The position numbers and the translations under genes are program-made. A DNA stretch of 64,000 bases from Octopus vulgaris. Its lineage: Eukaryota. The DNA lies in assembly GCA_951406725.2 (NCBI GenBank), contig OX597815.1, forward strand, positions 141,546,001-141,610,000, read 5' to 3'. This document shows positions 1-14,549 of the stretch, piece after piece. Positions within the stretch are counted from its first letter, which is position 1. The number at the start of each line of letters is the position of its first letter. The notes below the pieces were generated by a model, which saw only the letters and a program-made list of their open reading frames with translations, made no database searches and was not told where the DNA came from.

Positions 1-483
1 ATATAGCGATGATGTCATAACACGAGTTATGGAGTAAGGCGTAGAGCGGATTACTTCTTTAAGGGTTACTCGATAACAAGTATTTTTGCAAGCTTATTGA
101 ATACGTTTAGACGCAATGCAAACCATTCCTTGTCGAAGAGTGTAATAACTATTCTTGTTGGGAATGTATTTGTAAGGTCAAATCACAAACAGGAAGAGAG
201 GAAAAAGAAAACAATGAAAAAAGAAAGAAGAACAGCGGGGAGAGAGATAATAAAAAATTGAAGAGAATGAAAAAGTACTGGTTAGTGGTCAGTCAAGATA
301 AATTGGTAGAAGGAACGGGGGTGATGGTCATAGAGAGAGAAATGTATTAATGTCAGGTATGTAGTGATAGATCCTAAGTAAGTGGCAGAGAGAAGGGGTA
401 GAGGTAGTAAAATGGTGGAGTGAAGAATTTGGGAATACAGGTTAGGTTGGTTAGAGGACAAGTTGGGGCTTAGTAGTAGAAGA

Positions 484-540
<57 letters not shown>

Positions 541-744
541 CGCGCGCGTGTGTGTTTGTGTGAAGGTGTATGCACATGCATATATTAAACATGTATATAG
601 ATATTTATACATATGACCATCACACCTACACATACAACACGTACTCATATGCATTTGTGCATGCGTACGCCCATATATATACGTGTAACTGTATGTATTG
701 TTACCTCTGCACACGCAGGTATATATACCTTGCATACATACACA

Positions 745-779
<35 letters not shown>

Positions 780-974
780 GTACATATGTACGTTCGCAGG
801 TATATACAAATATAATTAATTGATTGTAATATTCGAGTATGAAAGAGGAATTAGATAGGCTTTAGGAGTTAGAATGTAAATTTATAAGGTTATTGGGATT
901 ACCTAAGGGTAATGTGGAAATATACAGTATGGTCATTTAGGCATTTGGATTAGTGTTATGGTTTGAATGTGTGA

Positions 975-1270
975 AAAAAAAGCGGTGGTTGCATGTGCTT
1001 AGTACCTCATTATGTTTATTTAGCAGTGTTGGAGAGTTGTGCTTTAATATATGAAGCGCCTCCTTCAGGCAAAGATTGCAGGTTGAGAGTTGACCTCAGT
1101 AGGGAAGCCATGAATCCAGTAGTGACCATGATAGTGTATGGGGTATATTTTTATTTTTGAGATGATGTATGTGGTTGGCGAGTGTTGTAGATTTACTATG
1201 TTTACCGTATCTAAAAGTATGGAGGTGAGCGGCATACCGTTGCTTTTTAGTTGATCCTACGGCTGTAGAG
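975..1270 (-). mobile_element. Penelope-like element remnant, GIY-YIG endonuclease C-terminus
   Basis: Minus-strand translation reads VGSTKKQRYAAHLHTFRY..STTLANHIHHLKNKNIPHTLSWSLL..PY. Across a frameshift it continues CNLCLKEALHI and LLNKHNEVLSTCNHR, matching the usual PLE C-terminal pattern (C-x-L-C-L-x-E ... LNKRxE..S.CRH). Confidence 0.8.
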
Positions 1271-3428
1271 TTTGAATAAAAGTATAATTTGAAAACTGAA
1301 TTTCGAAAAACACAAAAATTTGATACATATGAATACATACATACACTCATACAAGAACACACACAGAAGTGTGTGTGTGTATTTGTGCGTGTGTTTGCGC
1401 TTGTGTGTATATTTGAAATCCTTATGTTGTGTAATAAATAACGCACATTTTATTGCTTCGCAAAATTTGTGGAAAGCGGGAAAGATATTTAAGTCAGCTG
1501 GTGAACACAACTTACTTATTGAAAGATGCAATATTATTACTATAAGCACCAGTTTAAGCCTACCATTGCTGATTGCGATCCAATGTCGTAACAAATTTCA
1601 AATGAAACTCTTTACCGTAACATTCCTAAATCATTTGAAATTGATATATGAAAGTGATATTATAATAATACTTTTATGTTTTTCTCCTACGCAACATACG
1701 AATGAGAAAGGAAGGGGTGACAGATGAATAAGGGAGGAAGGGTGATGGCAAACTGGTAGTGTGATGATAAATACCAAGCTAGTACATTGATGCGGTGACT
1801 AAAATTGCCGATTATACAACATGTGATCTCATCAGAAAAATGGTATCCTCTGTTCTAGATTGCTATGACATGTAAAGTTTGACAAATCATATTCGGACAA
1901 AGCTGAAATTCTACGGTGAAAAAAATCGTTAATAAAAGAATTAGTAAACTAAAAATTTGGTTGTGTACCTTATTTATACATAAAATCGTACAATTAGACG
2001 TTATGTTTGACGGCACAGGGCCAACTTGTTTATAGAATTTTTATAACCCATGATTTAAAGTCACATCTTTGGCTTCAATTTGATTTATGCATGGAACAGT
2101 GCATATGATTGCTTATATGTACGCAGAGCAATGGATATTATACTCTGATCACTGATAGGTTTGTTGCATATCTATTTCACCCTGTAATGTTTACTTTATC
2201 CGAATTCAAATAGATTAGATTTCCGGAAAGAACAATTACAACCAAGATCCTTATACGTTTAATGCTCATGAGGCCTAGTAAGTGGGCCTCATGTATGTGT
2301 GAATGTGTGTGTGTGTTTGCGTGTGTATGTGATTTGATATTTGTATTTGATTTATTTATTTCGGGAATTATTGAAAAAATAAAGTCATTTCCAGTTGACA
2401 ATTCGATGTAAAATTAATTCTAAAAAGCAATAAAATTTGTCTTCATAATTTATTTTCGCAGACAAGTTGTAATTCGCCATTAAAAATCACTACCATCTGT
2501 TAATCACTGCTAAACATTTTGCGTTTTTCTGCATATGATTTGTCAGAAGCTAAAATCGAATGTCAAACTTGACATGTCATAGTAATCTAGAACAGAATAT
2601 CATTTTTTTTAATGGGATCACATGTTATATAATCGGAAATTTTAGTCATTGCATCAATGTACTAGTTTGGTATTTATCATTATTATTATGTTGCCTTGGA
2701 AGTAGTTGAGCCCTAGCGTGGCAGACCTATGATGCGCAACCTTCCAACCTTGATAGTATGCATGTTGTTATCTCTTTACAAACGTTTACTTGTTGCGGGA
2801 GTTATGACTGATATGTCTAGAAGCTGGAATGACCTCTCCGAGTATATAGTGTTCGCTCTTGATTACATCAGTATAATTATTCTACCGATAAACAGAATTA
2901 GGTCTTTCTCCTCCGTTCTCATCTCCCACCTTCTCTCTCACTGCCTCTCCTCTTTATCTTAATATATAGCATTTGTACTTTCATTACTATTCTCCATTCG
3001 GTCTGCAGCATTATTATCTCTAATACCTCATCCCCACTTACGAGTACCGCATGATATTGTCTGAATAATATGGTGACAACTTCATTCTTTTATGTTTCAT
3101 TCATTGTCTTTCTGCTGTCTCCTCTATTGCTCAACGTTCTTTCTGCCTATCGCTATCTTACTCCGTTGTTCTTAAAATTCTACCTTTCCTGTTTCGTCAG
3201 GTTACATGGCACATAAACGCACACCTATTTAGTCGCACAGTCATAATGACACGCAAGTATAATCATCGATTACATGTCTTGTCTATATTACTACAATTTA
3301 ACTAGATTTCATTATATATTTTTTTTATTGGCATTCTGTTCTCTAGAGAAATATGAGAGCAGTGCGCCGTTCATGTGTATTTGAACATATATGTTTGTGT
3401 GTATATATATATGTCTGTGTGTTGTTGT

Positions 3429-3582
<154 letters not shown>

Positions 3583-4803
3583 GTACAGGCACACACACAT
3601 ATGTATATGCATACAAAATTATATATGTGCGTGAGTATGTATATTCACACACACACACACACTCGCACACAAATAAATAGAATACACGCACATATATGTA
3701 TAGATATATAGTTGCACACACATATATTACTGAGTTTTTATTACTTTATATTATTGAATACATCTAATGAAATTATGAGTATCCTCTAATGTAATATAAA
3801 TGACGATTGTTATACAGTTCTATTTGTAACTTAGAATATCTGAAACGGAATGTCATTTATAACTTGAAGAGAACGTAAAAGGCAAAATTTACCCAAATTG
3901 TTTACAGTATATGCGTGAAAAGAGAAACATTGAAAGTAATATCGAAAATCTTCCACTAACTGTTAACATTCGCAGACATAATGCGCAAGTATAGTTAGTA
4001 GTTTTGTAAGAAAGTATCGCTTTTCATTGCAATTATAAAATGCATGCAAGCAAGATTAAGTATTCTCTAATGGCGCATGATATTTTATATTGAAACGCTC
4101 CAGTAGCAAGGTTAACATTGCATATATTTGATTGCATCATGTTACACAAACACATACATTTCATTCACTTATTCCCTACTTCAGCTGTCAGTAATGACGA
4201 ATTGTGTTTATATGTTCGGAGGAGATGTGATATTGCACGGACATTTGGGACTCGGAATTAACGCATGGAAATCTAACTGCAAAATGTAATATCAGATACT
4301 TGTGTGCGTATGCATACATACAGATAGATTAAGAGACGCACAGAGAAACAGGGAGACAGTCAGACAGTCAAACAGACAAACAGACAGACAGAGAGATCGA
4401 TAGATATTTAAACAGACAGATACACATATCTATATTAATGTATGCCTATTCTTTTGAGAGTGGGTAAGTATATATTCAATATGGGGTGAGGGTGATACAT
4501 TTCTGACGATTATGTGATTCGTTTTCTCGTTGGTGTGAATCACTATATTGATCCAACATGATTAAATCCTACAAACGGATTTAAGTGTCACCACACTTTA
4601 GCACTAAGACATCCACACATCACTTACACGCGCGCACGCAGAAACACATATATTTGCATGTTCTTATATTTGAAACAGATCGTTTATATGTATGCATGCA
4701 TGTATGTACACCTACTCACGTAATAACAAATGCATAAATGTACCCTTTGTTTTTTCAAGTACAATATGTAGAGTATATTATTGTTTCACAGTGTCTCTCT
4801 CTC

Positions 4804-4838
<35 letters not shown>

Positions 4839-5118
4839 CAAACACGCGTGCACAAAATTTCAGACCTTTTACCTATAGTAAAAAGGACGAGTGTATATGC
4901 GTGTGTATGAGTGCGTGTGCGTATATATATAATCTAACTGAAAAATTTGAAACATTCTGAAAAATTAAGGATATATCATCATAGTTTATTGGAAAATATA
5001 GGCGACAAGCCACATTTCTATTATAAATATCTGATGAATCCAATGCATCTTATATTTGATACATACAACAAATTGTGGATGTTGTAAAGATAATTCAGGA
5101 ACACATTTTGTGTTGTTC

Positions 5119-5400
5119 TATATTGAAGAGATAGGGAATTATTTACATTATTTACAATTGACGGATATTAGTTCTCATCTTTTTTGTTGTTAACACGTTT
5201 CGGCTGATATACCCTCCAGACATCATCATGTGTCTTGGAGAAATTTCGAACCTGGGTTCTCATTCCTAAGGCATTTTTCGATGTCGTTATTATTATTATT
5301 ATTATTATTAATAATATTATTATTCAGGATGCTACCTGGAATCGAACTCGGAGCCTTGGTGTTAATAGTCCGCGCTCTTAACCACTACGCCATATGCCCG
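5119..5400 (-). mobile_element. tRNA-headed SINE-like repeat with hammerhead-like 3' tail
   Basis: Minus strand has a tRNA-like head with A box TGGCGTAGTGG and B box GAGTTCGATTCC (5325-5399), a (TAA)n linker, then a tail homologous to 34560-34745 containing a degenerate HHR core (5192-5236). Confidence 0.7.
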
Positions 5401-5471
5401 TGTTTATATTTATACACGTAGTAGTGCACTTAGATATTTAGCGTCTAAATTCGCTGTTGAATTTCTTAGCT

Positions 5472-5545
5472 GCTAGTCCAGCATAATGGTAAAGCACTCA
5501 CCAGAATCTTAGAGAGATATGGGCTCGAGTCTCATGACTGGTTGC
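5472..5545 (+). pseudogene. tRNA-like sequence (tRNA-derived repeat head or tRNA pseudogene)
   Basis: A-box-like CAGCATAATGGT and B-box-like GGCTCGAGTCT, with near-complementary ends (CTAGTC/GACTGG). The anticodon arm is degenerate. Confidence 0.4.
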
Positions 5546-8500
5546 TGACAAATTTTTCCCGCCTTTTGAGTGGAAATTTACCCAATATCTCTGCTGTACT
5601 AATTGAAATTCTTCGCTCGGAAAATTATCATAAAATTTGTATCATTCAATATATATGTTTCTGTGGGTGTGTGTATATATTTATATACACAATCTAACAC
5701 ATCCAATTACAAATATACGTATATTTACATAATTCTAAACTACTAATGTCTAAACACACATTTGTGTGTTCTATTGTGTTTTCGGGAATAATAGAAATAA
5801 CTTTAAACTCATAGCTGCAATCTATTTCTTTGAACTGCAAATAGGGATATGTAAGTCTTAACTCCAGCATTATGCTCAGCAGAAGTAATCGTGAAGCACC
5901 AAATAACTAATTTATTTCAAGATGGCATGCTGTTTCTGGAAATACATTTAACATGAGGTTCTATGAAAAGACATTTTAAATCTCTGAACGGTTGGATAGA
6001 ACTATTTGTCACATGGTTCCGAAAAACGGTGAACATTTCTTATGTAACCAACTGGAAAAAAACACTTTCCGCGGAAGACAATTGAACTCGACGTGCGAGC
6101 ACATTTGTGTATATACACATGCACGCAGATACGCACACACACACACATACGCGCACACATACGTACGCACAGACACATACGCACACACACACATACATAT
6201 ATTATGCATTTATATACGTTCACCGATAACAAATATATAAATTCTGCGAGTTAAAACATAAAAAAAGGATTTATGTTGTTGACAATATCACAGTACCAGA
6301 TGGTAGGCCGCTTTTTCCCTGTTATCGTTTGTAAATAAATAAATTCCCACGTGCATGTATCAGATAATTCCACCATATCTGTTGAAAATTATCGTTGTCA
6401 GATGTGAAGTTGGAATTTGATGCGGTGATACATTATATTCATTCAAATCTATCACTTAAAATTAAGTTTGTAACGTTGATCAATAGAAATAGTTTATGTA
6501 TATTACATTTGTTAATACTTTTCACTCGGTTACAGAAAATCAATAAACATCATAACATAGATGTCATATCCGTGCATGTAAACCTCCATGTCTACAATAG
6601 TTATCGAGTGTTGTTAACCAACGATAGAGCTCAATCTGAGGTCAAAATTATTTAAAGATGGCTAGCAATGATTCTCTAAATATCGGACGACATATTTGAT
6701 ACTCAGGCTTTATGTAGTTAATGTTAAATGTTAACGAATTAAAGAGTGGATGACAATTTGGTTAATATTCTCTTTGGTACATATTTCTATATTAAATAAA
6801 TATTTGCCATCATCCTGTGAGTGATTTGTTAGGTACACGTAACGAGTTTCTATAGGGAACAAAACAACCAAAAGTGTATGCATTCCAAAAGAACTATTAT
6901 ACGAAATACATTGATCCATTACGTGTATTTGCTGAAGTTTTGTTTTATTTAATTATGTTGACAAGTCTATTAGTAACTTTGTGACGTCATGATTTATAAA
7001 TTTAATACACTTATTCCTGCCATGTCATAAAATATCTTATTCGATTTGTATAGAAATCAAAATTAAATATACCTCACGTACGATAAGCTAATTTCTATGC
7101 TGATATTTAGATTACGTTATGAGTCATAATTCTGCTATTGAATTCAAATCAGTCCTTCTCTCACTTTATTATATAATATTTATTCTTCTGTTACTAGAAA
7201 CTTAAGATGGAATGCTTCAGTTCACGTTAATAAAAGTAGTTTAGATGTTGTTCGAATATCATATTTTAAATTAAAAATAAAACATCACACATGTGATCAA
7301 CTGTAGCATAATGAAATACTAAGGATAACATGTTCAGCAATAGAAATATTCAGTTATCTTAATACGTCGATTTCTTGAAAGTGATCATCGAATTAATAAC
7401 CTTATTTCACTGATTTTATATAATGCAGAAACAAGTAAAAAAATTATTGCATTTTTTCTGCAGTTGTGATTCGTATGAATGTAATAAACTTTAGCAGATT
7501 ACATGTCTTTTGGTTTTGTTTTTCATATTGATTTCGTGATCATACTCTTCCTGCAATGAGCTATTTTTCCTTTGAACAAATATTTTGATATCTGGGAAAA
7601 ATTATATATTTTGCAGATCGGTTTATCACCATCGCTGTCTAGTTGCAGAGCTTCTCAAGCGGACTTCAGATTGTTTGATGATTGCAAAGTAATTCTTTCC
7701 ACAACGATATCGTTCTATGACTTTTAATTTTTAACACATTAATAATCAATCACAGAAAAAAGTGCCTGCAAACTTTATGGGCAATCTCTTATTTTCGTAC
7801 TGTATTATTCCGAAAATAATTATATATCAATGCTAAAGGAACTGCGTGTACAATGTTATGTAAACTAGCAAAGGTTTCTGAAAAATTGTCTCTCATTAAT
7901 CTATTCTATCGGGTGCTTTTCTTTACGTTGCTAATTTACTTCATCTTAACGGTATGTATGCACAATTTCCATCTTATTTTGTGCCTATCAAGAGAATGAA
8001 GAACAACCAATATATTATATCAGTTTGATACAGTGCGTGGAAATGTTGATAATGAAATAAACATAATTTTGAATAATTCAGAAAGCATTTAGTGCAATGA
8101 ATGCCATAGAAGACATGACATGGCTGATAAAGAAATAGATAGGCCGAGATGATTAGAATAAAGCTACAGACTTGGTACATTGTGAAGAAGCGACTGTAAT
8201 TGCAATAAAAGAATACAACAAATGACGTAGTAAGTGGTTTGGACACAGTTTGTAGATATGTGAAAAACATCAAATTTCAGGTAGTCTGAGTGGATACATG
8301 GTATATGCGTAGTATATGAGCAATGAGAGAACAAGTTAACAGTGTTATACGTACATGTATTCTAAAGAGGTCCACAAATGCAAAATGAAATATAAACTAT
8401 AAATAACAGAGTAAATATAAGTAACAGAATCACTAAATTTATTAAGAGGTCGTGATGAAAATTACTGGACAATATTTTTGAGGGATACATTGTTCTATAT

Positions 8501-10231
8501 GTACTTTTATATTTTAGCTATAAGTAATATAAATTCATGTAAAATGGAGACATTGATGAGCGTGAATAATGTCTTTTAAATGTGTTTATTATGAGTTTCT
8601 GAGTAGGAAGTAGGTTGTGGCTAAAAATAGTCAGGAATAGAAATGCTACATATTAAATCATTATTGCAATAGCCAGTAAATAAAACATATAGATGAATAG
8701 CGATTCGAAGATGTTGAATAAGATCTACAAATATAATTTTGATCTTCTCCAAATCAGTTGGTTTTACTTGTATATATCTATTCATCATCATTACTAAACC
8801 ATGTACTTACCAAATTAATTGTTGCTTCTAGACTATGTAGGACATCATCATAAGAGCTTACTCTGCACTCACGTCAGTGATTGTAAACACCATTTTACTT
8901 TTACTGTAATTTATATACAAGTAGTATATCTAATAATGTTTAGTTATTTTCGAGAATATCTTCAGGAATGTAAGTTGCTTCTAATTGAGAAAAAAAAATT
9001 TGTTCATATTTTCTTCGTAAAAGTTTAATATTCTCAACAGGAATTTGTGATGAATATTTAGGTATGTAGGCGAAATCATCACGCAACATTGAAAAATATG
9101 TTAATGTGCGGAGAATCTTTCAATATCGGTAGTCAGTTAAAGATTATAATTAAAATGATTATAATTTCACATTCAATTAAGTATATAATTCTATACATCT
9201 GGGATATTGGTACTGGAATCTATTCCGCTACATTTAATCATTAATGAATGTACTTATTACGCAGCCATTACATTTGAATCTCCACTGAAGTAAAAATCTG
9301 GATTCTGTTGCTGAATAAGTTATTTCCTTGACACATCGTATCTTCAGTCATTTATTTCGCATAAACCATTGGCAAAGAAACATGATTTGCTGTTAAATTT
9401 TCGCAGCTATGTGTACTTATACTCCTTCGTATCTGTATGTGTCGTTATCCGGAAACTGATTACTGACTTGATATTGACATACGAAAACTAAAAAAGTTAG
9501 TTCTGTTTAAGTGTATGCCGAGTAGAAGAGTATGATTGTGATTTGATCATTCTTTTTGTCGAGAAATTTCTATAGCTATCCGTTTTAAAGATGTGAATTC
9601 AATTGTTTATTCATGTGAAATCATTTTCTTATTCACTTTCCAGACTATGTATTCCACAGACATAATTGATAGCCAAAGAATCCTCGAAAACTTGCGAAAC
9701 AAGTGGAACTCATTGTAGGAAGCGACTGACCCGACAAAAAATAAAAAAATAATAATCGTTGATATGGTATCGAGTAATCTTTTTAGAGGCAAAATTAAAG
9801 AGATATAATGCCCAAGCTATTGCTGGCCGTATAAACACATCACGTGTATGGAGACTACATGTTCAAGACGATGGTTCTGTTGTAACTAGCTCGGAAACTA
9901 CAGACGAAACAAGGAACAGCAACTTGATTAATGTGTGTGTGTCTGTGTGTGCATGCGCGCGCATGCGTGCGTATATATATAGTAATAATATGGATTTACA
10001 TTCATTCACCTCACCGCCAAGTGCATGGCAAATACCAATGATTGTAGTTGAGGTTAGGATAAGCCTTCGCATCGTTCTGAAAATCGAAGCGATTTATTGG
10101 CAGAGAGAATGTATATGGACAGACCAAATAAAAGAAGTGTAATGAGAGAATATATCTTCATTCCATTATTTTACAGCTGTTTCGTTATCTTGTTGGCAAT
10201 ATAATAGGTATTATATTGATATACTTTCATA

Positions 10232-10925
10232 CGAGTAGTACCTCAAAGAAAGCAGAATTTTGCAATTTTATTTTATTCATTAATTTTTACATCTCTACAC
10301 TTTTATCGCCCTCAAAGTATTCTCCATTAGAAGCGATGCATCGGTCCAGACGCGTTTTCCGCTACTCGACACTGTACTGGGACACTTGCGAAGGGATGTG
10401 TTTTAACGTCTCCGTGATTTTTTCACCCCTTCCACATCTGAAAATTCAGTAGCTCCAAATTCGAAGAAAACTCTGGATCAACTTCTAACCTATCTTTCAG
10501 TCCATGATACGCACTCAGTCGTGACTGCCTTTAATTTTCCGTGAGCAAGCGAGACACAGATTTTGCTACTTTCGCAATTACTCACTCAAAATGACAGGAG
10601 CTCTAAGACACACAAATCATTTCAAAACGTTCGCCAGTCGTTGAGTGACGGTTCTCGAAGATCACTTCATGAATTTTCATGACACTTTCATACGTTCAGA
10701 AGGTCGACGGCCGTCTTGAATGTGGTTGATCTTTAAGCGACAAGTGACCATTCCTAAAGCGTTAAAGCCATTAGTAAACTTGCTTTAAAGACATGGCAGC
10801 GTTCTGTTTTGTCTACAGAGGTATTGTACACCGTGAGTATGCACCAACAGATCAGGTAATTTGTGAAGCCGTGCGGCGAAAGCGACCCGACATTTGGGCA
10901 GCAAAGAACTGACAAATCCAAGCAT
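10232..10925 (-). mobile_element. Decayed, internally deleted mariner transposon with an inverted internal piece
   Basis: Minus strand gives AMSLKQVY*WL*RFRNGHLSLKDQPHSRRPST (mariner HTH region), KVAKSVSRLLTEN and C-terminal KTRLDRCIASNGEYFEGD, ending near a TA|CGAG terminus at ~10232. Plus strand 10820-10920 gives GIVHREYAP and EAVRRKRPDIW from the catalytic domain. Confidence 0.8.
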
Positions 10926-10990
10926 TCCTCGTAAAGCAAAATACACTACGTGTTCGTCAGGTTTCTTATTCCCTAGACTTGGATCTGTCT

Positions 10991-11043
<53 letters not shown>

Positions 11044-11110
11044 TAGATAAACTTAGATATGTTTCGACCAAAGATTGGTCCATACCATGTCTAACTTAGC
11101 ACCACCTGAT

Positions 11111-11141
<31 letters not shown>

Positions 11142-11874
11142 GAGTGAAAAGTTGGAAACGTTATATCTGAAAAATCGCAGTACATAATATAAGCAATATT
11201 GTATTAATATATAAAGTACAGCTATGAACATTAAAAAATGCTTTAATGTTTTAAAAGTTCTTACGATCGTATCATGAATATACTCTCTCTCAAACTGAAA
11301 ACTAAATTTGATAAGCATCATTGTGGAGTATATGCACTTATCAGAGAAAGGATGAATTTCAGGAGGAAATCGAATGACGGAGATGTTATTTAAGATCGAT
11401 TTATTTATTAATATAATATTGTTTATTTTATGTACTTATCTATACTGCGATTTTTAAGATATAACTTTTCTAACGTTCTGTTCTCTGATATATAATCGCT
11501 CTCATTGAAAATCTAAAAATGTCTTTTTAAGGTTTTATACCTATCTCATACCAGAGGACTTAACTGACATCCAGAACATCATGTTTTCAAAGGACATATG
11601 TTATTACCTATATATATAAGTAAACATATCTATAGTAAATAAGCAAACGAACGGAAAACACAGGCTCAGTTTGAAAAAACATATCATATTCACACCTTTC
11701 AAATGAGAACAAACACAAATGATCACCAACTCCTCATCAGTTATTGGCTAGAGTGTGAAACGCGATTTCATACCATTATCGATAATATTGCTTATAATCT
11801 CAGGAGGCACCAACTAGAAAATTGACGGGAATGCGACCAAAACATATCATGCCGACATGTTCAAACACTAAATG

Positions 11875-11914
<40 letters not shown>

Positions 11915-11984
11915 CAAGCAAAGTAGCCAGTTAAGATATCTTTATAAGAGATCAGAGTATAACTATACTGAGAAGTAATAGTTA

Positions 11985-12660
11985 TCGCCAATACGACTCT
12001 TCTACGTTACTACCATTTTTAACCACGGCAAGAGTCTCTTCAAGATGGTTATCGATGCAATATGCATCCAGCATATATTGCAAGCAGAAGTCAGGATCAC
12101 CAGACGGAATTGATTCAGGCTATTTGTTCCTATTGTCAGTGGTGAACACCCGGTCACTAGAAATAGCCGGAATTCGATTCAACTCGCATTATACGGAAAA
12201 CCAAGCGACAATCACTCACTGAAACTTGCAACAAGCAAAGTTGTTAGTTAGAAAATGTCTATTAGTGATGAAAGTAGTAACTATACATAGGAATAATGTT
12301 TATTGCCGCATCAATATGGCTGTTTGATGTTATTATAGTTTTTGAAATTTCATTATAGTTACTACCTTCATCTTTTATAGAAATTTTGTAAATAACTACT
12401 TTGCTTGTTCAAAGATCACTGACGGATTGTCGATTGTTTTCTATATATTGCGTCCAAAAGCGAATTCCTGCTTTCTCCAGCGATAGGCACGAATGGCCGG
12501 AAACTGTTCGGTCTGGTGATCCTGTCGTGAAATAGAAGTTAACTGGGATTCACTCTCCTTCTTCCAATATATACCATCTGCAGATTTCATCGATAACCAG
12601 CAAGAGGACACTCATCCTGAGGTTGAAAACGATAGTAACGTCGATCAGTCATATTGATAG
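11985..12660. repeat. Old fold-back (long imperfect inverted repeat)
   Basis: Arm pairs include GGTTATCGATG/CATCGATAACC, CAGGATCACCAGAC/GTCTGGTGATCCTG, AACAAGCAAAGT/ACTTTGCTTGTT and GTAGTAACTATA/TATAGTTACTAC. The centre is near 12320. Confidence 0.75.
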
Positions 12661-13366
12661 GGTGAAAAACTTTACTTATATATATATATATCTATATCCA
12701 CAGCAATAAGAAAATAGAGGGAATCAAGTGGTAGTACTCATCAACTTTTAGACATCAAATTAAGTTTATTTATTTATTTTTTAAAAAGAAAATTATAACA
12801 ATATACATACATGTATCACATATAATGCTTTGCATATATAATATATAAAATATAAAATATAGAAATACCAGTAATTATTAAAATATATAACGTAAAGCAT
12901 AGAAAGTAGGATAATATCTTACTGCTGTTTCAACCAAGAGGCCATTGAACGAAAAAAAAGAAAATAAGAAAAAGAAAAGGAAGAGAAAAAAAAGAAAAAA
13001 AGGAAAATGAACAAAAGAAAAGAAAAATGAAAAAAGAAGAAAAAAGAGGACAAAAGTACATACGTACAGTATATACATACTTTTAGATATACACACGTAT
13101 ACATAAATATACATAAACACATATATATATAAATGTATATGCATATGTATATGCATATGCAGACAAAGGAATCAGTTATTATTATTATTAGGTGTATTAT
13201 ATTATATTATTCTTATTAGATAAAGTATAAACAGAGGTAGGAGAAAGTTATCAATAGAGAAATAATAGTGAAATTCAAAAAAATCAATGTATCTTATGAT
13301 TATTGTATTTATGTAGGAATGAAAAGGTATATACATGAGAAATACATACACACACACATACATACA

Positions 13367-13444
<78 letters not shown>

Positions 13445-13633
13445 ATAAGATTAGATCGTATACGAGTGGGTATATATTTGTAAAAAAGAAGTTTGAAAAT
13501 GCAACTATATTAGATAAATTTTAATGTTTCGGTTCTTGAAATAACGAACCTTATCAAAAAAAAAATTTATAATAAAAAGTATAATGGAACAGTTCACAAT
13601 TGTTTCATACATTCAATAGAGTCCATGTTATAT

Positions 13634-13706
<73 letters not shown>

Positions 13707-14549
13707 TTTACTTACAAACATACCCATAGGTACATACGTATTACGTGTTGAGAAGGACGTATTATTGTAGCAGTTCGTATTATTCTTTTTATATAATTAT
13801 AATAATTATGCACAAATATATATATTTTCATATCAACATGTGATATGTTTTCTATTGAGGGCTTTAGACAAGGAAAGTGAAATCAGTAATAAGGTGCACA
13901 TAAAATCATATAATAACGGAAAACAATACTGAGAATATAGGAATATATACAATATATACAAAGTATATAGGAAAAATGATGTACGGAATTCAAAGTAGAA
14001 CAATTATTGAAAAAGAGTCATAGAAAATGAAACAGACAAATTAGAAGAACCTACGGAATGGTTGTAAGATACATTTCCGGTCCCATCATTATTACAGGTG
14101 GTTGAACCCACGCTTACAAGTGGAAGAAAAAACACAAAGATCCTACAAATAAGCGCCAAAAAGAAAAAAAATTAAGTTGGAAATAAAAACGCTAAAACGT
14201 GAGGGGTGTTGAATGAAGTAGGCAAAATTATTTGCTTCCCAAAGAAATAAACAATTTAAAAAGTGAAAATGGTACTCTCATTCCCACGCCAGAAAGCGGT
14301 ATGAGGGGTCACTATAAGACCAGTAATAGTAGAGTCATTGTGCGAGTTCTCAGTTGGAGTCAGTGCTAGTAACGTGTTATATGCGAGTTCGAGTTACTGT
14401 CAAGGTAGACGTTTCAAGCCATTGTCTTGCTTACCTATCATCGATAATACTATATACGAGTCAAAGATAAGAGGCAGAAAACCGCCACGAAATAACAGTG
14501 AAGACAAAAATATAAATGGACGAGGATCCACATTATAGTATATACACAT

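Noticed and set aside
5325-5545. Functional tRNA genes
   Set aside because: The cloverleaves are imperfect and embedded in repeats, so they were treated as SINE heads or pseudogenes.
7617-7688. Exon-like segment (TTTTGCAG...GTAATT)
   Set aside because: Open in two frames but with no recognisable protein and no compatible neighbouring exon.
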